This document shows positions 50,801 through 63,065 of a stretch of DNA of 64,000 nucleotides, piece by piece. The notes under the pieces were generated by a model, which was given only the letters and a program-made list of their open reading frames with translations, searched no databases and had not been told where the DNA came from. Source of the DNA: Camelus ferus (taxonomy: Eukaryota); the NCBI RefSeq assembly GCF_009834535.1, contig NC_045697.1:18044001-18108000 (forward strand). The letters run 5' to 3'. Both the position numbers and the translations under genes were made by a program. Positions within the stretch are counted from its first letter, which is position 1. The number at the start of each line of letters is the position of its first letter.

Positions 50801-50895
50801 TCCCTCTGGTGAAACCGCCCATCAGTCTCACCAGACCCATTGGAATTGCTCAGCAGCCACATGTGGCTGGTGGCTCCCATCCTAGAGGGTTATGA
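47820..50895 (-). mobile_element. Near-full-length Charlie5/MER33-type hAT transposon with decayed transposase
   Basis: MER33-like ends (tccaatagaaacataatg... and gctcagcagccacatgtggctggtggct); minus-strand motifs KYFSLALDVSCAVTDTA (~49199-49249) and HCII..NIC..MKSIMGIVVRIV...F (~48815-48945); left flank TTCTAGAG fits the Charlie NTCTAGAN target. Confidence 0.85.
50075..50703 (-). mobile_element. ERV1 solo LTR, MER41-like, nested in the hAT element
   Basis: TG...CA (tgttgccgaagc...gggtttca); ccttgaggaggaactaaatgtccttgactttg...ctaaactattactattttgtcttg; minus-strand AATAAA (tttatt 50164-50169); catgtg at both junctions. Confidence 0.8.
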
Positions 50896-52799
50896 ATCCA
50901 GATTATGTAGTACTCTGAATAACAACAGCCTAAGGAATTTGACCTGTATCTTGGGCAAAGGGGTCACTCACGGACTTTTGCAGAGGGTGCTGGGAAGAAC
51001 TCAGTTTGGGAAGGTTATGTGGCCATAATATACATTGTGGATTGGAGTCAGGAGACCCCAAAGGCCAGGCATGAGCAGGAGCGGAAATCTGGGCTTGGGT
51101 TCACAAGGGTGTGCCACTGGTGATGGGAACACAGAAGAGAAGGTGAGCAAGAAGACACGGGGAGGAAAATCACCAGGCCTCAGGGGACTGGATGGTGATG
51201 GAAAGGGATGAGTCAAAAAGTTTTCTAGTTTGAGTAGCTGGAGAAGAGAAGGATCAGGGACTTTTAGCCAGAAGTTGCGTTTAATTTGACCCTATTCAGC
51301 TCAATATTGATTTTTATCTCTGCTCTGTGACAGCCTTGTGTCAGTCCGAGGGGGTCACAGTGATGATGGAAGGAGAACGTCTGTTACCCTGACGCTGTGA
51401 ACTCAATTCTCGGGATAGATACTGAAGGAATAAAGACTTAAGAGTAAAACCATAAATAAATTCCATCTCGCCCCCTCCTCCATGTTTTGAGAAAATACTA
51501 ATTCTTCTTGAAGTGCCCCTGAAAAGTATTTTCATGTAGAATCTTCCACCTTGATGTAGATTTTAACGGCTTGAGGTTCAAAGATCTGGCTGGGCTGTAT
51601 ATCTGCTATGCACACTTCTACCCTCAAATCAAACATCCTACTGTAAGTTTTGGAGAAAAAGCAGTTTACAAAACAAGATTTCAGGAATCAGTTCTTTTTC
51701 TTTTGGGGGGTAAAACAAAATGAAATAAACACCCAGAGGCAAAAAAGATGGACAAGTTGCCCAGAAGAAACCACAGCCACGGAGACAGCGACTTTGGGTC
51801 ACTTGTTCATTCTAGTTACCCAAAGGTGATGTCTGGATAGAAAATACAACTTCTGATTCCTTTTCTTTGCTTCTCTCAATAATCTAAAGTATGCATGTGT
51901 ATTTTGAGAAAAATTAGGAGAGAAACAATAAAAATTAATGAAACAAATTGAGGAGAGCGTCCTGCTGGTTTTCGGCCTCCCTCCAGTGATTCTAGCCCTC
52001 AAGCTATAGACTCCTGGGTCAGAGAGGCATCACCCAGGGCATTTGGGAGACTGAAGAAGAGGCCAGAGGCCCAGGAGGACAAGAGGGTGGTTCGGAGAAT
52101 GAATGGCATAAAAGGGTAGAGAATGGAGTGTGGAGAGATTTGGAGACAAGATGGAGAGAGGGATGCTCAGGGCTGGGAGGTGAGTGGTGGCAGGTGCTGG
52201 GCATTCTGAGCAGTTCAGACTTGGAGAGAGAAGCCAAAGGAGGTTGGAAGCAGTGGGACATGAGGATCAGAATTAATTCTGATTAATCAGTAAGTCAGCT
52301 GATGGTGATACAGGGACTGTGGGTGTGTGTAGGTGTGTGTGTAGGTGTGTGGGGTGGGAGAGCCCACAGACAGGGAGACCAGGTGGGGAAATGCTGAACA
52401 GGCCAGAAGAACGATGATGGGGATCAGATAGAGGGGAGTGTTGGGTACCTTCGTAAGGCAGAATCAACAGAACTGATCACCGTGATCTCCTTGTGGGAGA
52501 GAAATGTGTCATTAATCTTTGTATTCCTAGTTTTCTAGCACAGTATCAGACATGCATTCCTTCACATTGCCATCCATTCTTGCATCCATCCAACTAATTA
52601 GGGCTCATTGCTGGGCTTGGATCACTCAGACAGATGCTGCCATCCCATAAGGGTGGGGACAAACATTAAACCAATAAATAAATGGAAAATGCAATAATTT
52701 CCAGTTCTGTTAGTAAGTGCGATAAAGAAAATTACAACAAGGGAACATGACAGTGGGTTAAGGGTAGAGGAGGAAGGCCTCCTATTCTATGGGGCTGAG

Positions 52800-53050
52800 A
52801 CTGTTGGGCACTTGGGGTTATTTCAGCTTTGGGCTATTGTGATTCCAATTGCTGTGAATATTGCTGTTCCTATCTTCTGGTGAACATAAGCACCCATTTC
52901 TATTGGCTTTATACCTAGGAGTGGCATTGCTAGCTCAGAGGGGAGGCATAGATTTAACTTTAGGAAACACTGGCAGAGTTTTCCAAAGGGCTTGAATCAG
53001 TTTGCACAAAACCCACAATGAACAGGAGTTCCTGTTGCCCCACATCCTCA
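52800..53050 (-). mobile_element. LINE-1 fragment (L1M)
   Basis: gggcacttggggttatttcagctttgggctattgtg...atacctaggagtggcattgctag. Confidence 0.8.
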
Positions 53051-53624
53051 AGGATAGATGCTTTGAATCCTCTCATTTCCCCTGATTTGTAAATCAGGAA
53101 ACTGAGGCTCTGGGTTGCTAAATAATCCACCCATGATAACCTCTAGTGAGAGGTGGGTCTCCACTGAAACTCAATCACTGCCAATTCAGTGTTGCCCACC
53201 ACACCATATTGCATATGAGGATACTGAGGAAACCATATGGATCATGTGTATCCATGGAATTCTAAGAAAAATGAGATCAATGTTAGGCTAAGCAGAGATG
53301 GAATTTGAACTTGGCCTTAAAGGGCAGAGGAAGGATGAGAGCCCCTGGGCAGAAGGGAAGACTTGGAATAAGGACACGAAGAGAAGAATACATACCACAT
53401 TATTCTGTGTCTGGGGTGTGTGATGCGAGGGTGCCTCTCATTTGAGAACTACTAATCTGGCTAGTGTCCTTGTCTTGGTGACCTCCCTGGGTCCCTTGAT
53501 TGCTGCCACAGTCCTAACTCCCCGAGATGTGTCCATTCCTGGCTCAATGTACAAACTTCCTTTTGATAAAGAGAAAACTAGAGCCTAGCTGAGCCCACCT
53601 AATCTGACCTCCCTTTTTCCTCCC

Positions 53625-53985
53625 TGTCTTACTCTGTTTGGACTGCTATAAGAAAAATACTGTAGGCTGGCTGACTTAAACTATAGACATTTATTCCTCA
53701 CAGCTCTGAAGGCTAGAAGTCCAAGGATCAAGGTGCCAGCTGATTTGGTGAGAGCCCACTTCCTGATTTGCCAACAGTCACGTTCTTGCTGTTCTCATAC
53801 AGCTAAGAGAGAAAGCACTAATCTTTTCCACTTCTTAGAAGGGCACTAATCCCATCATGGGACTCCACCCTCATGACTTCATTTAAACCTAATTACCTCC
53901 CAAAGGTCCCACTTCCAAATACCATGACCTTGAGGATTAGGGCTTCAACAGATGAATTCTGGGGAGACACATTTAGTCTACAGCA
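53625..53985 (-). mobile_element. MLT1A-like MaLR solo LTR
   Basis: tgtcttactctgtttggactgctataag...gggcactaatcccatcatgg...cctaattacctcccaaagg...agtctacagca. Confidence 0.92.
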
Positions 53986-54909
53986 CTCATTCTCTATTTT
54001 GTTCCACAGATCTGTATTTTATTCACCTTTATTCTCTTTTTATTTTGTGTAAGTCTAGCTTTTACAATAAGACTTTAATCTCCCTAAGGAGAGGGGCAGG
54101 GGGTGTGCACCTCTTTTGCCTATCAGACAATCCCCGTGATTTTCCAGAGGTATAAATAGTAGACTCGATGTTCACTTGTGTGACTCATGGGCTGATGAAA
54201 TCACGCTCCGCTGTCAGCTTATCCACAAAGTCTGATTCCTTTCCTCACACGTCTGTTTATTGCAAGCTTGTGGTTTTTAAAGTCCCTATGTGAGAAACTT
54301 ATCAGATGTTTGGACTCCTGTAATGAATTAATCTAAGTATAATAAAATGTTCCTCGTTTTCATTTTTATTCTTCATAGTTCAATGTAGCTGGGAAAACTC
54401 ATAAAATTAATTCTAATTAGCTTGAAACTGGAAATTGTGTCTAGGAGAAGGGTATTAAAAATTGCATGCAATTTCTTTTCCACTCCTGCTTCCTAAATTC
54501 TACTGTGTGAACAGATTACCATCTCCCTTGTTTCTGGCCCTGAACTACCCTTTAAAATTGATCACAGCTTGGCTTCCTTTCCTTCTCCTAGTAGAGTTAT
54601 GGTTTTTCTATTTTATGATTAAAGCTCTTTCCAAAACTGCTGTGAGTGGCTTCTTTGAACTTCTCTGCTCCCATTGTCCCGCATCATCTCTTGGAATCGA
54701 TTCCCTCCTGCTTCTTCCTGGTTGTACTATTTCACCCGACTCCTGTCGGCACCTGGATTCATTTCACCCGACAGAAGTCAGCTTCTCTGCTCCTCATCTT
54801 CCTTTCCACTCCTTCTTCTTGTCAAGGTTTCTAATTACAAACATCCTAGGGTTGACCTCTTCTTTTTCTCTGTGTTTTTGCATGGGTTCAGAGTGCAGCT
54901 TTATTTTTA

Positions 54910-55215
54910 AAAAGTAGACTTTATTTATTTAGTGCAGTGTTAAATCTACAGAATTATTGAGCAGATAGTATATAGTGTTCACTATACCCACTCTACCTCC
55001 ATCCCCACACTTCCCCTATTATTAGCATCTTAGTGAGGTACATTTGTTACAATTAATGAACAAATACTGATATGTTATTATTAACTACTGTCCATACTTT
55101 ACATTAAAGTTCAGTCTTTGTGTTGTATACTTCAATGGGTTTTGACAAATGCAGTATGACATGTATCCATCATTGCCGTTTCATATGGAATAATTTCAGT
55201 AACCTGACAATACCC
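54910..55215 (-). mobile_element. L1MC-like 3' end
   Basis: tagactttattt..ttgagcagatagta...catttgttacaattaatgaacaaatactgata. Confidence 0.85.
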
Positions 55216-55249
55216 TTAGACCATAGCTTTTACGAGGCTTTTTTTCTCC

Positions 55250-55460
55250 CTGGCACTTTATCTCCACCTGACATAACTCTATAGTTTAATTACTTTTTAG
55301 TTCATTATCTATGTTCCCCTCATGCCAACCCTTTCTAGTTTGGAAGCTCCATGAAAATGGAGATTTTTATCTATTTTGGTCTATCCCCAGCTCCTAGACC
55401 ATTGCCTGCCATATTGTAGGCACTCAGTGGATATTTGTTAAATGAATGAATTGATGGATG
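55250..55460 (+). mobile_element. L2 3' end
   Basis: ggaagctccatgaa...gtaggcactcagtggatatttgttaaatgaatgaa. Confidence 0.8.
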
Positions 55461-55716
55461 ATTTAATGACCATTTAGAGCTGAGGGATTTGTTAATATAC
55501 GTGCCTCTTTGTTAGCTACAGAAAGTATCATTGCACCACGTATTAGAACATATTGAAACTTTTGGATTCCTGCCTGTCTGAGAATGGCCATTGGGCCACG
55601 ACTGGTGTGGAGGGGCTCTGTTGCAGTTGGTTAATTATACTGATGGATGTTGACAGCTCTGGCGGGACCTCCAGGGAACTCAGGTGCTGCTTTGCTCTGA
55701 GCCTTAGCCTCTGGAC

Positions 55717-55928
55717 TAGTGTTTCTCAGCCACTTTTTCATTATTATTCCTTTAAGGATGCTCACTAGACACTCTTTCCTGAACACCCACTCCTTTTATG
55801 AAATTTTAACGTCACAGATGATATACTATATACTTGTTTACATACTGTATGCGTGTCTATGATTTATACATAGAAAGTGTAATGATTTTGCCCCTTTGGG
55901 GTGATGTCATCCTCTTTGAGAATGCAGG
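55717..55928. mobile_element. MER112-like hAT-Charlie MITE
   Basis: agtgtttctcagccactttttcattatt...atgaaattttaacgtcacagat...gcccctttggggtgatgtc..ttgagaatgca. Confidence 0.75.
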
Positions 55929-56224
55929 CTCTCAGCGTTCTTATTGATGACTTGGAGAGAAGGGCAGGAAAGGCATGCTAGTGAGACTCAGATGAGGTGA
56001 TGCTGTTGAAGGTGGGGGCTAAAACAGAAGACAAAATCCAGATTCAGAGCTGTTTAGAATCATTCGATTCTCACCAATTAGTTTTAAATATAAACTCTTG
56101 TACCCAGGTTCAAAAGTTCAAGTGGACCAACAAGCAAGGGAAACCAGCTTGACAGGCTGCACTGACTGGGAGTTTCTCTTTCTTGGGAAGTGATGGGTTC
56201 ACTGTGTTCTGTGTAGATATATTG

Positions 56225-56420
56225 CCTATGGAGAAACCTGTTCTGTTCTGGGAATGGCCTTGGCAAATCCGGAGAGACAGAAAGTAGATGAGTGGTTGCC
56301 TGAGGGGTGGGTGGGGAGCAGGGAGTGACTTCGAATGAGCAACAGGCTTCTTTTGGGAGGAAGAAGTTGTTCTAAAACTGGATTGTGGTGATGGTTGCTT
56401 GGCCTTGTAAACACATTAAA
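56225..56420 (+). mobile_element. L1MB 3' UTR fragment
   Basis: ggcaaatccggagagacagaaagtagatgagtggttgcctgaggg...gttctaaaactggattgtggtgatggttgc. Confidence 0.85.
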
Positions 56421-56628
56421 AAGCATCCTACCAAAAAATCCTATCAAAGTTGAAAATGCCCGGAGCAGAGGGCAGATTCTGAATGATCTGGAAATTGTGC
56501 CCAAGAAGCAGTTCTGCCTGGACAGGAGGAGGGGAGACTCAGAGGAGACAGGAATGCTGAGCCCACGTGCTCCAAGTACTGAGATCTGGAGCAGGGGGAT
56601 GACTACTTTGGCATAATTCCATAGAGCG

Positions 56629-57063
56629 TGCCATGGGCTGAGTTGTGTCCCTCTATAAAAGTTGAAGTGCCAACTCTCACCACCTGTAAATGTGGCCTTA
56701 TTTGGAAATAGAGTCTTTGCAGGTGACTGAGTTAAGACGAGGTCATTAGGATGAACCCTAATCCAAGATGACTGGTATTCTTATAAAAAGGGGACATTTG
56801 GGCACCAAGACAGATAATGTGGAGGGAAGATGCTGTGAGCACACAGGGAGAAGACGGCCATCCACAAGGAAGGCCTGAGGCCACCCAGAAACTAGGAAAA
56901 GAGCCTGGAACAGATTGTTCCTCAAAGCCCTCGGAAGGAATTCACTGCACCAACACCCTGATCCCGCACTTCCAGCCTCCAGAGCTGTGAGACAATACAC
57001 TTGTGCTGCGTAAGCCGCCCGGTCTGCGGGACTAGGTGCTGGCAGCCCTAGGAAGTGAACACA
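56629..57063 (+). mobile_element. MLT1 (B/C-like) MaLR solo LTR
   Basis: tgccatgggctgagttgtgtccc...ccttatttggaaatagagtctttgcag...gcagccctaggaagtgaacaca. Confidence 0.92.
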
Positions 57064-57949
57064 GGGTATAGGTAGGCTCAAACAGTGGGGACTTAAGGAA
57101 GCAGCTTTTGGTTTAATGAGGGCTGGGAGTAAAGGGGAGATTCCTGGATCCCACGGCCCCCAGTGCGCTCACACATTCAGTCTCACAAGGGCCCTGGGAA
57201 CAGGTGTTACTGGCATCTCTGCTTGCTCATTAGAAAAAGGGAGGCTCAACAAGAGAAAGCCATTTGCTCAAACTCGTAAACATCAGAGCCAGGCTTCACA
57301 TTTGTACTGGTTTGATTTTAAAGAGTCCACGTCCTTTCTACAAAGCCCAGCTGAGTCTGGGAGACAGCAGGACAAAGTGCATGGTAAGGATGAGGATGAG
57401 CTCATCAAACCAAAAGCGATGAGCAGTGGCTCCAGGTGGTGTAAGGTGGGTGGCAGGTGTGTCCCTGGGTGGGCAAGGAAAGATAGTCCTGCCTTCTGAG
57501 TACCTCCAGGCTGGCACCTGGGTGACGACCTGTGTTTTCTCCTCTCGTTCTTATGGCAGCCCTTGGAGTTTAATAATGATTTCCCCATTTTGCAAATGAG
57601 AAAATTGAGTCGGAGAATAAGACACTCTACCAAAAGTTAACAACTGGTGAGAGGAGAAACAAGATTCCATCTGCCTGAGTGCAAAGTCCTGCTCTGTCTC
57701 TGCCTTCTGCTGTCACGTGGCGGTGGCTGGACTGCACGGCTCCTGCCGTGCTCCCAACTGGTCTCTGACTCACCCCAGGGGCTCTGTCCTATGATGTAGA
57801 TGATATAGGATCCTGCCTAGAGGAATGTTTGCTTACCTTTCTCAGTCAGGCCAGCCGAGTTCCTGATGCCCAGATGTCTTGCTGTTTTGTGTGTCCTTCG
57901 GAGTTCCAGCAGAGAGACCTTGATCTATAGTTTTGCAAGATGCCAAGAT

Positions 57950-58110
57950 TCTGTAGTACAGTAGCTAAGGCTGTGGGTTTCGACCCAGGCTGCCTGAGTT
58001 TGGAAGTCTAGCTCTCCGTCTCCCAAGCTGTGTGTCCTTGGGCAAGTTGCTTTTAACCTCTCTGTGCCCGTCTCCTCCCCTGTAAAATGGGGATCACGAT
58101 GATTGTGTAG
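57950..58110 (+). mobile_element. MIR SINE
   Basis: agctgtgtgtccttgggcaagttgcttttaacctctctgtgcc...ctgtaaaatgggga. Confidence 0.88.
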
Positions 58111-61100
58111 ATTAGATACATTCTAGCTGTTAATACTGTTTTTCCCTGCGTGTGTCTAGGTTGGCTCCTGATTTGAGTTTGGTTCAGAGAGCTGCATTTC
58201 CCACAGTAACAATAAGGCAGACAAATTAGAGGCACAGAAAAAAAAATGTAAAAAATCTTATTAGGAGGGAAGGGCACTTTAAGAGTCGGAATCCACATAA
58301 AATGAAATAGCTCTTGTTTTCTCCCTGTGGTGTGTTTTGTCTTGGGCTTTCAAGAGGCACCTACAGTAATTTGCAGTTCCAGTTGGTGGTAAATCCTTAA
58401 AGGACTATTGTCTTCTGCCTGCTGGTTTCCAGAAGATACAAATAAAGAAAACATCTCCCAGGATGACAGGACCCTTTGTACCTTTTATTTGAGTTGCCTC
58501 TTCGGCTCACTCTCGGCCAGCACTGAGTGAGGAGGCAGTATTTAATTTGATATAAGGATCCGGAAGGATCTTAACACTTAGAAGGAGAATTATTCGAAAC
58601 GGTCCTAGCAGTAGGAACGAGTGGTCGCAGACTTTTTTCCCCCCAGAGTCTCAGGAAAGAGCTGTTGTGATTCTGGAGCTCATTAAGGCTGTCATGTTTC
58701 TCCTTCTTTGGATCAGCTTGGGGTCCACCAAGGATGAACTATAGAATCTGAGCCCTGGTTTTATCATCTGAAAAAGGGAATAGTAAGATGGAGTGATTTC
58801 ACCATGTCAGCTGTTCCCCTCCTTTAAGGGAGCGTGGTTTGGGAAGGGGTGGAGGGAATCAAGAGTATGCAGGGAGCCCCCTTCCTGCCAAGGCGCAGCC
58901 AGCTGGGTGCACAGTCTGCTTTGGAGACCAGTGCATCTACTGAAATAAGCACTGGTGGGAGAATCAAAAGATCTGGGTCCCCATGATGTTTTTCTTCTGG
59001 GCAACTGACATTAACTTTCTGAGCATCATTGTCCTCATCTATAAAATGGGTGAGTTGGACTAGATCAATTTTTCACCCCTGCAGTAGAAGGTGTTCTTTA
59101 AATAAAATCTTGCACGTAAACCTAGCATGGAAAACGTACTAGCTAGACTTCCTTTCCTGACTGGGGGAGGGGGATCTGAGGCCATATCCCCCAATCCTTA
59201 TCTTTTCTCACCACTCCATCCCCACTTTCCAGGAACCTCGAGGCAGGCACAGAGCACAGTTGGAAAATAAGCAAAACTTACTTACTTCTAGGTTCCTTTC
59301 CATTGGAAAAGTTTTGCATCTTCTCTCAAGAGCTTTAGGAAAGACCCCCAACCTCCTGAAATTTCACTACTAGCAGTTTATCTTTCTATGTCCCCCTTTC
59401 TTTGTCCTCCTCTAAGCAAAGTCACCGGGGAAAGGTGATTTTAAGTCACCAACACTTTAGTGTGAATCAGTGCATTTTATTACCCCACTACTGACTTGAG
59501 GGAATTCTTTCCTGGGCACCTGCTCTGTGTAGACCTTGGATGCAGTGATTAATGTGGCCCAGAAAAGGACCACAAAGCAGAAACTCCCAGTTCTGAGGCT
59601 GTGTCCTGAGGGTTACGGGCATGACTAGAAAGAGGTCAGCTCAGGAACCCTGGGAAAGGGAACATATTTTGGGGAGATAAGGAATGGCTTCTAGGAAGAA
59701 GGAACCCTTGATCTAAGTCTTATGTATTATTAGGAATTGACCAAGTGAAGAAGGAGGAGGAGACAGTAGTTCTAGGCTGAAGATCCATCTTACGTAAAGG
59801 CTGGGAGATCAAGGGCCCCAAAAGTCCAAAATGCCTTTCATTTGGATTTAGGAGCAAAATTCCATAATTAAAAGCCTGATCTCTCTTTCTAGGGGTGGGG
59901 GAAGGTAGAGTATGGAGATAATAAAAGGGAACATTTCATTTTTTTTTGTTAGTGTGCCTATCACAGTAAAACAAATAATGTATGTGTGTATATATACTTG
60001 CATGTTTATAGCCTCTTCCAAACCCTTTGAGAGCCCTGTGAAACTCCCTTCATTTTGTAGATCAGGCTCACTTAGAGACTAAGAGGGAAGCTGATCAGGG
60101 TCTTAGGTGTATGTCTGCAGGTATGTGTAACACCCACCCCTTTTGTACCTTGGCACTCCGATTTATTTCTGTTCTGTCAGGAAGAGAGAGGGGACTAGGA
60201 GAGAGAGAGAAGAGGAGAGGCAGGATCCAAGACGACAAGAGTGTCGAAAAAGGCTAAGAGGAGGTGAGATTTTCACCCTGGCTCCTCCTGGGCTCTGCCC
60301 TGCCTCTACTCAGCCCTGGCTCAAGCTCCAGGAGCTGGATGCATGCAATCTTCCCCGTGGCCATTTTTCTCTCCACACCCCGCTTTGTGTCTGGCACTAC
60401 ACAGGGCTCTTTTACTTGTAAGATTCAGCAACTGACAAGCCAGTCAGGCACCATGCTGGCAGAAAATAGGCACTCAATGAATATCATGGCTGGGACAGAA
60501 TGATCATGGTGGAGCCGGCCACTGGGGAGGCTAGATGTCCCGACACAGAGGGTGGGATCTGAGATACCGGAGAAATATTTCTTGGCACCAAATGCATTGG
60601 ACGTGCAGCAGGCTAGATGATGGGCTAGAGACGAATTCTCTCACCTATTTCATGGGGTCCCTGTACACAACCTCTCTCTGCAGCTCGGGCTTCCCACCCA
60701 CAAAAGCAAGGGCTCTATGATTTAGAAAGCTGCTCCCAGCTCAGCCCACCCATGAACCCACAAGCCACCCAGAGTCATTCAGAAGTGAGTGGATTTCCTG
60801 ATGCACGGGTTGTGCTGCAGATTTGTGTGTGAGGAGAGTTGCATGCTCAGACAGGGTGGAGTTGGGATGATTAATTTCCAGAAGCAACAGGCTGCACGGT
60901 AGGATTTCGCTATTTCTCTTGCTGGAGAGGCTGGACTCAACTTAGCAGGTTCAGTGATAATATGTTATCTCTGAGTTTCCATTTCTGTGATGGAACAAGT
61001 GCCCTTACTGGGCACAGGTAACCCAGTTGCACTCCTGAAACTGCCAGTCAAGGTTCCCCTTTTGGATTATTTTCAGCTGACCACCTTTATTGCCCTTGAG

Positions 61101-61309
61101 TTTAATTTCACATCAGACAAGTTCCGCAAGGCGCTTATCACATCCAAAAGGGCAGGGAAGCAGGTTACTGAGGCCAAATGTTTGGACCGTCTCCCATCTC
61201 TTCCCACAGGTACAGATAATGGAGATGTAGAAATGGGCACCATGCCATGTTATCTGGATGCTAACTATTTAAAAACATAACAGATTATCTTGATAATTTA
61301 TTATTAGGA

Positions 61310-61525
61310 GGGTGGAGTGATTAACATAGGCACTTGGAGACAGGTTCCTTGGAGATCCTGACTTTGCCACTTCCCAGCTGCGTGACCTGGAGCTGCTCCT
61401 TAACCTCGTTGACCTCTCTGAAAAATAGGAATCATAAAATCCCCTCAGGTTTTGAGGGAATTAAATGAGTGAACCCAGGTAAGGCACTTAGAACAGTGCT
61501 CAATAAACATTAGCCATTGTGATCA
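61310..61525 (+). mobile_element. MIR SINE
   Basis: tgccacttcccagctgcgtgacctgg...gaattaaatgag...gcacttagaacagtgctcaataaacattagc. Confidence 0.85.
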
Positions 61526-61748
61526 TCTGTACTCTGGGGGGACTTGTGGCCAATTATAAAGATTAGCCCAGTCCAGATCTTGTTCTCCAGATGTCACAGG
61601 AGATAGTTACTGAGCCTCTTTCTTCTTCCAGGATCTCTCTTAACTCAGGTTGTCTCACGGAGATAGAACAGGAGATACTGTGGGAATGCCAAACCCACCC
61701 TCCTTTCCTACAGCAGAGGCTGCCAGGAGCATAGCTGTTTTAGAAAAT

Positions 61749-61854
61749 TATTTTATTTTATTAAAATTTTTTATTTTAATGGAGGTCCTGGGGACTGAAC
61801 CCAATACCCATGGCTAAGCACACACTCTACCACTGAGCTGTGCCCTCCACCCCC
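61749..61854 (-). mobile_element. Camelid Vic-1-like SINE, short diverged copy
   Basis: taatggaggtcctggggactgaaccc...ctaagcacacactctaccactgagctgtgccctccaccc. Confidence 0.85.
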
Positions 61855-63065
61855 TATTTTTAAGCTGAGGTATCACCTACATAAAATGCATGCATACATT
61901 TACACCCAGGGAACCACACACTGTGATCAAAATGTAGAACATGACCATCACCCTGTAAGTTTTCCCACATGCCTCATCCCAGGCAGGGGGCTTCTCCTCC
62001 AGGTAACCTCTTTTCTGACTTGTAATAACCATGTATCAGTTTTTCCTATTCTTGAGCTTCATAAAAATGGAATCATACCTGTGGTGTGCTGGTAAATGTT
62101 TGACAATAGGCTCTCCAAAATTTAAAAGAAAAAAAAAAAAAGAAAAGAAAAAAGCCTGCTTTGTAGCCTATTTCCCTGGCAATCACCACCACTGGTTTGA
62201 AGCCATCAAGGTGAGGTCACTGAACAGAGAGATAGGAACTGATGTGCAGTAGAACGCAGTTCTACAGTGTTTCCACCATACTGATACAATATATATAAAT
62301 AGCCTCGGTCACATAGATAACAGGAAAAATGTAGTAAAAGAATTAGGAAGCCAAGAGTTTGGAGTATTCATTACCTTTGTCTTAAATATAATTTACTTAG
62401 TTGTATGTTTGAATAATTTAATTTTTAATAAAGACTACATTTATCAGTTGGCTTGCAAAATTCCTGAAAATATAACAATCAGTTCTCATGAGCTATTATG
62501 AGATGTCTCTGGCACATTCCTACTTACCAATCTTTGTATCCGGCTTCTTTCATTCAGCCTCATGTCCTGTGAGTTTTACTCCTGTCACTCTGTGTATCAG
62601 TCTTTTTTTTTTCTTTTTGGATTGCTGTATAGTATTTCATTGCACAAATATACCACAATTTATTCACTTCCCTGTGGATGGTCATTGGGTTAATTTCCTG
62701 TTTTTCTGCTACTAATTAGTAACGCTGCTATGATCACTCATGTACATCTATTTTAAGGGACATGTGGGCTCATTCCTCTTGGATATATACCTAGGACTGG
62801 ATTTGCTGGGTCTTAGATAGGCATGCCTGTTTGTCTTTAATAGATGATGTCAAATAGTTTTCCCAAGTGGTTGAACCAGTTTACCCTTCCATCTGCAATA
62901 TTCGAGGGTTCCCTTGCTCCACTTCCTTGTCAATATTTGGTACAGTCAGTCTTTAAAGTTTTAGCCATTCCAATAGATGTGTAAGGATTAATAACCTCAT
63001 AAGGATTTTAATTTACATTTCCCTGATAAGTAATGATGTTGAGTTGTTATTGGGTTTTGACTGTT
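61855..63065 (-). mobile_element. Old LINE-1 3' end interrupted by a MER63-like element
   Basis: ggtaacctcttttctgactt...cataaaaatggaatcatac [insertion] ggcttctttcattcagc...atatacctaggactggatttgctgggtc. Confidence 0.85.
62078..62520. mobile_element. MER63-like hAT-Blackjack element
   Basis: ctgtggtgtgctggtaaatgtttgacaataggctctcc...cttgcaaaattcctgaaaatataacaatcagttctc. Confidence 0.8.

Noticed and set aside
51360..51426. C/D-box snoRNA (GTGATGA...CTGA...CTGA)
   Set aside because: No terminal stem and no rRNA or snRNA complementarity that I could recognise
60061..60180. Additional 60-nt exon with donor CAG|GTATGT at 60120/60121
   Set aside because: Splicing to 60181 would need a 60-nt intron, below the usual mammalian minimum, and there is no other support
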